Part shown: piece after piece, positions 1 to 12,200 of the stretch
Position numbering within the stretch: the first letter of the stretch is position 1
Layout of the letters: each line of letters starts with the position of its first letter
From: an uncultured Bacillales bacterium
GTDB lineage: Bacteria; Bacillota_I; Bacilli_A; RFN20; CAG-288
Length of the DNA stretch: 60,705 bases
Direction of reading: 5' to 3'
NCBI GenBank assembly: GCA_937896065.1
Contig: CALBLI010000031.1
Coordinates: 1-60,705 of the forward strand
Notes under the pieces: generated by a model
The model's database searches: none
What the model saw: only the letters and a program-made list of their open reading frames with translations
Told to the model about the DNA's origin: nothing
Position numbers and translations under genes: made by a program

Positions 1-211
1 TTAAAACTCGATAACCATGGGATTTTTTAAGAAATGGACTTCGGAAAATGAGATAGTTATTGACGCTTACATATATTCTACACCTTACAAACACTTTACC
101 TACTCCAAATAATATTGAATTTGATTATGCAGCTTTACTAAGATGGTCTAAGTCATTACCCGAAAAAATAAAAACTAAAAACAGCATCAACGTTACTGAC
201 ACTTATAATAG

Positions 212-3200
212 TTATTCGGCTTCTCTTCCTGCCTTATCATCCATTGTGTGTAATGGTAACAAATACTGCACTTCAGTATTACCACAATGCTTATAAATTA
301 CAGCCAATTCATCAGTTGCATCTTTACTTGCATATTCAACCCCCCGATAAATTGACTCAACACCTGTGTAGCCATGTGTACCATAACTATCCAATAATCC
401 AATACGGTTTCCATATAAAATACTTTTTGTATAATTACCATAAGTAAATAAACTAACATACTTATATACCATAAATCTATTACGCACATATAGGTTATTA
501 AGATTTTGATTTTGTTGAGTATCAATAAAGTATTGTTTCCAAATCTTTAATGGATGAGATGCACCCATTGTATTGTCCGTTGCAGACGCCGAATTAGTAT
601 ATTCATGAGCCGTACCTTTGTTTGCAAGACCAAATGCACCTGATGATAAAAAGTTGAATGCACCAATAATATCAATATATTTTGTATGAGTTGTCTTAGT
701 ACCATCAGCAGCTTCTGTTTCCCATGTATCAGTTAAGGCATCTTTATTACTATAGAAAGGACTAATACCAATAACTGAAGGAGCCATAACATCGTGTTGT
801 ACCACAGTATCTGTAACTGTACCACTATCATCAGTTACACTTACTGATATATCACCACTTTGTCTACAAGCAACAAATCCTAACCAATCAACACATGAAT
901 CTGAATTTATACGTGTTTTTGCACTATCTGCTCCAGTGTTAGGATTTACTTTAGAAGGTAAATAATAATTACGAAGCAAGAATGGAGAAGTGTCCCACAA
1001 ACCATTATTAAACTTTGTTTTATCAGCATTACCATAGCCATCATTATTAATAAGATCATGTTCTTGTTCATATGATGCAACTTTATTTAAATATGCTGCA
1101 TATAAGATTTCACCTTTTGAAACAAGTTTTTCTATTTCTTCTTTTCCTTCTGATGTAGTAGTATCCAAAGTAGACATGTCTATATTTCTTAATTCTTTGT
1201 TATAGAACATTGCTAAAGAATCAAAATATGTATCACCAAACGTTATTGGCATATTAGTTCCATGCCAGCCACCAGTTGAGGAACTCTGATCATAAAATCT
1301 TGTATAGTATGTAACTGGGAAATAAGCAGTATGTTTAGCAAGCATAATGGCTCTCTCATTTTCAGGGATATAATAGAAACGAGTTTGACCTTCTGTTATT
1401 GAAGAAGTATCAACTTCTGTATCTGGCCCATCAGCAAAACTTTCTATATCTTCATATTTGATACCATAAGTTGAAGTCTCAACACCTGTTGTTTCGCTTA
1501 CAGTATTATTCATATAGACGTTTCTTCCAATATACAGCTTATTTTCAACATATTGTCCATTAATTGTACCATCAGTGTTATCAGTTACCATTTGACCAGT
1601 CTTTGGATCACATGTATATTGAGTTACACCTGCTACAGTTGAAGCGTCTTTTAAGTAGACAGTTACAATAGGAGATAAACCACCAGCATGTTCAATTTTG
1701 AAATTTTGTTGTTCTTTAGTTAAATATGGAGTCACATATTTAAATCTAGTTTCATATAAAAACGAATATAGACGCAAGACAGCATTACTTAGTCTATTTG
1801 ATATCTTCATTGTTATTTGATTCCAAATAGGAGTAGATTCATTAGTATCTCTAATCAAAAATGGAATCAATGTTTTAATAGTTACACCTATACCTGGTTT
1901 TAAATCATCTAAAATCTCTTTACCATCCTCATCAAGTGATACTTCAGCATAATTGATAGCTAATGTATTACCAGCCCAAGCAGTACCATTTGTAAGATTA
2001 GCAAATTTTCTTGAATAAGTTGTACCAGCTGCTGGATACATGTAACTTCTTAACTTATCATTAGTGAAAAACTTATCACTTGTTGCATTTTGCATGTAAT
2101 TACTTGCACTTCCTAAGAAAAGAAGTTTAACATTTCTACAAGTTATATCAGCTTCTGTACTCATAGAATCATAACCGGCTTGCAAGATAAATTTATTACG
2201 GTAAATTTCATATAATGTAGCATCATCAAACTTATATTGATCATTATTATTGAAATAATATGGAACACCCATGTTATCAACAGCATTTGAATCAACAGTA
2301 GTAATATAATCAGATAAATTGTTTCCTTTTTGAGTAAAGATACCATTAGAAGAATCGTTACCTCTAATAATGAAGAAATTTCTACCTGAAATAGTAATTA
2401 ATTCTTTAGCTTTATCTCCAATAGTTGCATTAAGTCCAGTAAGACCACTATTATTGAAAATGAATTCATCATATAAAGCACCTACACTTGAATCACTTAT
2501 GTAATCAACTAGTGCATAAGTTTTAGTTGTACTAAGACTTTTCGTCGATATATCAGCAGACATATCATCTATAAGAACAACATAACTATGTCTTCTTATG
2601 TTATGTAATAATTCAACATTTGTTGTAGAAAGTTCACCATTTACACTCTTAATAAATAATTGAGCAAATTGAGGATGAGCTTCATAGAAAGGATCATTTT
2701 GGATAGAAGCTGTTGCATTTGTCCCAATCAACTTAAATCCATTAGTATCTTCTTCAACCATCTTTGGAGTTCCAGAATAGAAAGACATCATTGACTTATC
2801 ACTTAATCCAGTAGTGTTAACTTCAGTTGAATTCAAAAGGGAATAGAATGAATTTTCTTTATAATAGATATAGTTTTTATGATATCTTAGAATATCTGTT
2901 GCAAGACCAATGTAATTAACGTAAGATTTTATCTCCTTCGTTTTATCAAAGTCATCAGCAATGCCCGCAAAATAAATAAAGTTATCACTAAACGTTAAGG
3001 AACCATCACTGCACTTATATGCTAAATCATATCCACCATTTTCAACTGTGAATGGATAGAAATAAATATCTTCCAAAACAGCTTTGTCTTCATTATAATT
3101 ATTAGACTTCAAATACAGATTTAAATTGACAACCGAAATTAAACGTTTCTTATTATTTTCATCTTTAAGCACTTCATATAACTTATCGTTGTCGTTAGAA

Positions 3201-6200
3201 TTGTTTTGTAGAGAGTAATACAAATCTACAAGGCTCTTAATATTCTCATTAGAAGGGGTATTATAACTATCTATATTAAGATATATCAATCCCATGTCAT
3301 CTTCAGCTTCTACACTACTCATAGTCCAAGCAGGTTTAGCAAATAAGAATTTATTCGATGCAGCATCAATATTATCAAAAGGCATGAGTCTATTTATATT
3401 AGCTTGTGCTTCATCTGAAGTATCATAACTAATGGTCCCATTAGCGGCATCAACCTGAAGCTTTAATACTCCACTCAAAGCTTCAATATATTCATCAACA
3501 GTTCCTAAATAAGTATTTCTAAAGGTTGAGATATCAAAAGCACTTGTTCCATCATATTTGTATGGAGCTTTTATAACATTTGATTTGAATTCTTCTTGTA
3601 AATCACTTTCAAGTGAAGAAGTATCAAGAAGCAATTGTTTCATATTCACATTGACATAATAATGTGGAGTCTCACCATTATTGGTGTTAACAGCATTTAC
3701 ACGGTTACTATTAAAGAAGTAATCATTATATGTCTTTTCATCTTGCGAGCCATAAATTTTTCCATTAAATGATATTGAAGCTGAAGCATCTAATTGGAAA
3801 TAATAAACGATACTAGAACCAAGACTATTATTTATATAGTATGCAAAATGTTTAACCTCATCTAAACCATATTTGGTTTTTTGATTTAAAATATTTGAAA
3901 TAGCATCATTACCAGCAGTGAGCCTTCCAATGTAAGCAAGTTCAAGATTTTTAGAATTTATTGTAGTATTTTCATTTATGGAATCTTTAGCAAAATCTTG
4001 TCTTAAAACAGCAACTACTCTTCCTTCAGAGCCATCATAAACTTTCGTAGCTAAAACTTTAGCAGTATTAGTGTAATATGCGCCTAAACTATCACCAGTA
4101 GTATCACTTACTTTAGCATTATAAATGATTGTATCTTCACCTTTGTATAACTTGATAGATACATTATATTCATCACCTTCAACAATTTTTTTATTATCAG
4201 TATCATATTTCCAACCTTTTCGTTTATAACTAAAGAATTCAGTTGGACCTTCACTTGCATTATCTGATAAATAAATATATGAAGTGTATCTAATGGTCTG
4301 AAGTGTTGAGTTAGATGTCTGCAAACACTGATATATCTCACCAGCCTTTTTGACATCATTATTCATACCATCTTTTAAATTAGTAGATAAGAAATGATCA
4401 ACATCACCTAAATAGAATCCGATGAGTTTATAATCATCATCACTTGTGAAACAATAAACAAATTGATTTTTATTTCTTTGTTCAGTGATAGTATCATTTG
4501 ATAAAGTATCTAAGTATTCACCAGATGTTCCTAAGAATATTCTTTGAAGAGTTGAATTCTCATCAATAATAGCTAGAGGATCATCTTCAGCATATTCTTT
4601 TAGATTCTCATTATAAATAAAGTTAATAGTTGATCCACGATATTTATCAACAGTATCTTTACCAAGATTTAAGAAGTCATTATATGTTCCTAAAAATAGA
4701 TATTCAATAGACTTTGTTTGATAATTTTTAGTAGCAATAAAGCGTGAATATTTGGTATTTGTTGTATGCACTGTTCCATCACTATTGAAAACAAAATCAA
4801 CGCACTTACTCTTATAATTTTCTCTTAACTTATCAGCTTTTTCTCCGCCTGCAATAAGTGTTTTTATAAAATAAGCAGCACCTGTTACACCATTAGCCTC
4901 ATCATCTCCATTATAAAGATAATCTAAGGTTATACTATCTGAGCTATCAGTAAAACTCTTGTAACATGTTACAAAATTAGAATCTGAGTAACTCTCTTCA
5001 GGATCACCATTATCTGTAAAATAATTGGGATCTTCACCATATAACTTGCTTACAATGTTCTTAGAAGTTTCTAAATAGATAGCCGTCAAATTCTTAACAT
5101 TAGCAATATTTTTTGAATCAACAAAAATATTTTCTTTAGCAGTATGATTTATAGTGGCCTCACCTTGTTTTTCTTCACCAACTTTGTATGGCATAGCAAG
5201 ATAAAACTTATCAATCTTATAATATGGTCTATCTTTATATAATTTACTACCATCATCTTCTACTGGTAAATCTTCACTATCATCAATCTTGAGCTTATTT
5301 ATTCTTTGACGTGAATAGTAAGTTCTAGCAAAACTGATAGGCGTACCTATATACATAAAGTATGGATATAGAGTCGATTTTTGATTTTCTTGTTCTGAAA
5401 TTAAACCACTACCATAATCATCAGCAGTACTCGAAAATGCCATGATACTATTTTTAATTTTCAAAATATCAGTAGCATAAGTAAGAGCTTCATTCAAACC
5501 TTTATAGATAGTAATAGTTCTTGAAGTATTATTTTTAGAATAATAAAGTCGTCTAACATATTCCTCCCATGGAGTATATGAGCTACCTTTTACTTCATTT
5601 AAATATGACAAAACAGTATATGAAGAAGCAGTTGCAAATGAACGATGATTCATATTAGCATGTGTTCTTCCATCAAATCTCATATGGCTAGAATATCCAG
5701 CAAATGGATCAGCTGCTTTATCATATTCATAGGTCATACTATCAATATTTAAAGCCATAATAATTTCATTTTTAATGACAGCTAAATCCTGAACATCAAC
5801 AAAAGTATCAAAATAACTTAATGAATCTGCATAATAAACGATTATTTTATCACTGCCTGCTACACCATTTGCACCGACAGTTGTTCTAGTATTTAAAAAT
5901 GAATTCTCATCAATGAAATTAATTGAATTTGGAATATAATATTTAGCTGCATAAGTTACATTTTCAAAAGCACCATTATTAGCAGAATCATTGACAATAG
6001 CAGTTACTCTTCTTATTTTGATTCCATCATAATAGAAATAAGGAATATAAACTTCATTAGCTAATAGATTTGTTGTCGTATATTCTCTATTCATAAAGCC
6101 AGCAAAGCCGATCTCATTGACACTATCTAATGTGGTTGATTCATCAACTGTTGACATACCATTATCGACAATATGAGCTTTAAGTGGGTTCCCATCTTCA

Positions 6201-9200
6201 TCTTTCAATGTGAAATTGAATAATTCACTATATGAAGATGCTGTAGAGTTACCAGCTAAATAAGTTGTAAATGCATAGAAGGTAGTAGGATCATCATAGT
6301 TACCAGTAATAGAAATTGGTGAATAATCTCCATCAAGATAATAAGAACCATTTATGACATAAACTGTTCTCAAATATGGCTTATAGGTTTTGTCATCCAT
6401 TTTGTAAGTATATTTCGTGGATAAATCCCTATTAAAATTAACATTCACAGCATCAGCTTCAGTTGAACCTGGTTGGCGTTTTTTAAAGCTTCCACCATCA
6501 CTAATTGTTTTGACAATATTTGGAAGTTTAATCTTGGTTCCACGATCTCCACCATTGTTTTCAAGATTACCATAAACATCATAAACAGTATTACCTGTTA
6601 AAGTCCAACTATCATTGTTATCTAAAACAATTTGATAATAACCATAATTAGTAGAAGCATTCAATTTATATTCACGCACTAAAAAGTCAGATAAAGTATT
6701 ATCTGTTAACTTGACAATAGCATCCCATAAATTTTTCATACCGGTTTTATCAGCATCATTTTTATAGAAATCTAAAGCAATATTACTTATATTGATAACT
6801 TCAGTGCTTAAAGGATCAATACCTGAATTAGGATCAGTTGATACATTTCCATTAATGACTGGTTTCCAAACTTTATTATCACCATAGGTTGTATTTCCAC
6901 CAGGAATTGGATCTTTAGGAGCTTCAATTGAATCACCTAAAGCAACATTTTCTCTTTTAGCAACTTTAGTAGTTGAAATAGTTGTTCCCGTATTTGTATT
7001 CTTTTCTTGAGTCACATATGTGAATTGAATAGTGAATTCTCTAGGTGTATAAACTGCAACAAAAGAAGAATCAGCTGTCTTCAAATATTCAGGAATTTCT
7101 TCACCTGGTTTATAAATAACAAGAGTTTGTTCATCTTTCCAACCAACGAATTCATATAATCTTAAATACAATTTGTAATTGTTATTTATATTACCTGCAG
7201 TCAAATTAAAATCAGTAAATGATTTGACAGTATAACTATCTTTATATTTGACATTGCTTGTTGATTCTACTGTGTCAACTGTAATAGCATTGTTTTCGTA
7301 TTTTAAGATATTATATTTATAAGTGATTGTATATTCATCACCAACATATTGAGCAATAGCGATAACATCGCATGTTTGATTGAATGATATTTCATTCATA
7401 TCAGTAATAAGTGCATCAGCTGGTAAAGTATTATTTCGGTAATTGTCCAAATTAAATTTATCAGCTTTATAATATTTCCAGCCTGAAAATCTGAAACCTT
7501 GTTTGGTTGGATTTCCCATTTTTGAATATGCTGCGTTATAGCTTACATTGATAACATATGGATTAGAATTATTATCTGGTAAGTAAGTAATAATGTAATT
7601 TAAAGCTTTCACTTGAGCATATAAATAAATGCCGTCAGTGTTATTAGTAGATGAATCAATATCAACAGCATTAGGATTAGTTAAAATGGTATTGGTAGTA
7701 ATAACATTTCCATAATTATCTCTCCAATAATCAAATCGATAGCCTAATTCTTTAAGTTTATTATCAACATATGTTTTAAAGACAGTACCATATCCGTTTG
7801 ATGAAATATTATATGCTTCACCAAAATAGGTTACGACATATTTTTCACTCTTATCATCATTGTATCCAAGAAGTGATTGTTGATCATTTGTTCTAATAAA
7901 TAGACGATATTTTAAAGGTTCAAATTCAGCATATAATACATAATCAACAACACCATTTTTAGCAGTATTGGCATTTGAAATGTTCCATTTTGTTAAAGCA
8001 ATACCATCTGCTTTACCAGTATCAGTCAAATAATATTTTTTAGTGCTTCCATCAGCATCTTTATAATAGTAATAATATGATTTGAATTTCTTACCTTCTC
8101 TAATAGGAGGTAAAGCTAAATTAAAATCAGCATTACCAACTACACTTTGAACAGTTGGTAGTCCTTCATTATCTGCAATATAAGAAATATTGAAGAAATC
8201 ATTGATTGTTGATCTTATATAGATAATAACAACGTTATTATCAGGATTTTCTTTATCATAAACTTTATTTTTATCAGCTTCTTCTTTTTCATGAACAACT
8301 GGATCATAAATAAATGCATCGCCTTCTTTAACAACTGATCCGTTTGAATATGTAAAAACTGGTATCAAAGCTTGTGACATATTAAGACCAGCATTAGTAT
8401 AAATCTCATCTTTAGTAAGCCAAGTTCTAGAATTACCAACAGATGTTAGAAGTTCACCATAAGCATTTCTATTGGGTAAAGTGAAATCAGTATTCTTACC
8501 ATCCTTAACATATCTGAAAGTAACTTTGTATTCTTTTCTGACCCATTTAGCATATAAAACGATGTCTCTTTCATATGGATAACAATTAGCATTGACTGTA
8601 GGAACACTAGGATTTGGTAAGATATCATCTTTAAAATTAGTGCCTGCTTGACAATCGCTTGTAGTATACCAGCCATCAAAATAATAACCAGTACGATTAG
8701 GAGCAGTTTCTAAATCAACATTTTGATTATAAATGACATTAGATATCTTATTTAACATACCTTCAACTTTGAAAGCATAGGTAATCTTATAATTATTGTT
8801 TTTATAAACAGGATAGATATCCAAAGAATAAACTAATTCTTCATCAACTGTAGTCGATACAAATTGATCGATGAGAGAGTCACTTGTAATCAAATTTTTA
8901 CCATCTAATGACCAACCTAAAAAAGTATATCCAGTAAGTGATGGTGGATATACTATTAAACCAGTTTGATTTGTTGCTTGAGGAATTTTACCACCATATG
9001 TTCCACTAACTGTTGTAAGTATTTCAATAGTTTCATCAACATTTTGTTTGCCTAATTCATTATTATGATATTTGATAGTAACATTTATTGCTTCATATCT
9101 AGCTGAGTAGACAATTGAAGTAGAACCTAAAAATTTATTCCCTTTTTCAAGTTTGACACCATCTGATGAATACCAACCTGTAAATATGTAGCCACTCTTC

Positions 9201-12200
9201 TTTGGTGAAACAAGTGGCATTGGTATTTCTTCACCAATTGTAATATCAAATGAGGTAAATTCGTCACCATTTTCAGGTAAGAATGTAACAGTATTTGTTG
9301 GTTTAGAATACTCCGCTTTGAAATTTAAAGCTTTAGTAGTATATTGACTATAAATTGTGTTTGAAGCAATTATTGAACCGTTAAGTGACCAGCCCAAAAA
9401 GACATAACCACCTTCAATTGTTGGATTTATAGTTGGTAAGTTATATGGTTTTCCAAATGTTTGAGTGAGTTCTCTATTACCATTTAAAGTTCCACCATTA
9501 GCATCAAAAATACCAGTTGTAGTTAAAGCTACAGTTTGCATATAAACAACATAATTAGAGCAAGAACCATCACTCGTAAGCTTCTTACTAGCATCAGAAA
9601 ATTTGCTTGAAGATTCGATAGTGACTCTATTGCCATTTACATCATACATGTAAAAGCCGGCAAAGTTATATCCGCTTTTTACTAAATTATCAGTGTTGAT
9701 ATTATAAAATTGACCAGTAGAAGTTGCAGTGAATTTTTGATCTCCTATTCTCTCAATTGTACCAATTGAATCAGGATCAACTTCAAATCTCAAAGTATAT
9801 TCTTTAAGTCTAGTAGATAAAGTAAAAACAGTATCGCCCATTATCTTATCTAATGATGAGAATTTGTTATCACTTTTCCAATAGATTTCATAATCCTTTG
9901 CATTAATATTAAGACCTGGTGCAGGAAGCGTATAATCAGATGTTGAAGGAGCCGCAACTGAAGAACCAGTTTTAACTGAAACTGTGCTTATAACAGCACC
10001 ATCAGCATTTTTAAATGTGACTTTATTGGTACCAGTAGTATAAGCAGTAAGAGTGCGATAAATACTTGCTGGAAGAAGATAATGTTCAGCATTAACTTCT
10101 TGCTCAAAAGCATAGTGACCTGCTACTTCAACCGTTCCAAAATCATTATAAGCAATCTTATTATTATTTAATTTTAACAATAATGTTGGATAAGCATTAT
10201 TGCTAAAAACAAACTTAAGAGTATTGCTATCAACTCTTGTGGCAGTACAAGTAACACCTCCACCGACTACAAAGGTTCCACCAAATTCTAAATTCTTTAA
10301 ATAAAATCCACTAGTTTCATAATTCTTTAGATTTTCTTCAACTTCATTTCCACCTTCAGGGCGAATAGCAACTTTATCACCTTTAATTTCATAAGTTGTG
10401 TTGACAACCTTGGCAATAACATTATTGATAAAATCTAATGTATAACTCTTTTTAGTGATAGTGAAGGTGGCTTTAAAAGTCTTAGTTAAACCTTCTTGAG
10501 TACCATCCTGTAATTTATAACTAGCATAAGAATAATAAGTTCCAGGTTCAGTAGGTTTACTAGAGCCCAAAGCTTTCATATTAGAATCGTAATATGCATA
10601 CGTTAAATCAGTTGCACTTTGAGGATAGTTAGTTAAAACAGGGTAATTACCAGTACTAGCATTACCTGTCCATTCAAAAGTAGTATTTTTGAAATTAGCA
10701 TTGCTTTCTGAATCAACATTTTTAGGTTCAATGATAAGATAAGCATTGATAGCTTTATATCTTTCTTCATTAGTTACGTAAGACATACCCGTTGATTGAT
10801 CAATTTTTTTAGTAAAGAATCTAACTTTAACAATATATTTGCCAACCTCAGTAGGTCTTACATTTTCATCTTGAGCATTCAATTGATATTGCATGCCATT
10901 GGAATCAAAACCATAATACTCATATTTGACAGCAATATCATTTTCAGAATAAAGCCCTGAGACTTCAATACTTTTTCCATTACCATCCCAAATAGTGGTT
11001 GTATTTTTAACAGTAAAAGTAAAAAGTTCATCATCTTCAATAGCCCTACCATAGATAACTCTATTGCCGGTCAATCCTTTCAAAGTAGATACAGGTATAC
11101 TATATCCACTATCGGTATACCAACCAACAAATCTATGACTATCATCAAGATTAGGATCAAGTAAGTTCAAACTTTCTTCAATTGTGTAGGTTCTTGAATT
11201 TATTTGACCATGTTCAACATTAAAGTCAACGTTATAAATTATAGGGACATATTCAACGATAATATCTCCACCTGTTGCACCTTCACCAACCAAAAATCCA
11301 TCTTCAGTTAAAATGTCGTTATATTTTTCATCTCTAACAACAATTTCATATCCTTCTCTTTCAACTAAATTTGATTTTTTGATGTAATTACCGAAATTTG
11401 TGTTAATAATATTTTGAGAATAGACAACTTCATTGCCATCATTATCCAAGTCATATTTTGGAATTCTAGTAATAGAATTATCTGAATTCAAACTTTCTTC
11501 ATAATGTCTAACAATGTATTTGACTGTATATTGCAAAGCACCAGCTTGCAAAATTGAAATAGTGGCTGTCTTTTTATTATTTGTTCTATCAGCATCAGCT
11601 GAATTAACAATTGTGTAATTGCTTGCATCAAGTCCAGAAGCTGGATCAACTGAGAAAACAGCTCTAACTGTTTTAGAACCAACATTTATGATGGCGTTAG
11701 CATCTAAATTATCACCAGTTGTACTTGAAACTAATTCATATCTATAGGTGACTTTATCAGGAACATTAGTAGGTTCAATTATATGAATTTTACCATCTGA
11801 TGGATAAGAAGTGTCCTTGAAGACAACATCTTTGATGTCAATTTCAGCTTTAGCAATAATGATTTTGCTACTCAAAGTTTTATAAGCAACCATGGTGTCT
11901 GATTTGACAATTTTACAAGTTGCAACATATTCACCAGCAGCAACTTGAACATTATTGCTATAAATAGCAGTAAAACCAGAAGGAATATCTTCTGGATTTT
12001 GTAATTTTACAGTGTATTGTGAGCCAGTATATGTGACATTCATATCAGGAAATACTAGTCTATCTAGTTTTTCACTCAATGTCTCATCAATACTTGTTGC
12101 GTCTTTAGTAATTGTGAGGTAAGCAATTTTAACAACTTCTTCATATCTTTCAGATGCTGATGTTCCGCTTGTTTTTTTAGAAAAATGAGCAACAATACGA

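Noticed and set aside
60-296. A 78-aa plus-strand ORF at the left edge that overlaps the 3' end of the 4079-aa gene.
   Set aside because: It has a TTG start, no RBS, overlaps a strongly supported gene, and the peptide shows no features. Positions 1-211 are left unannotated.
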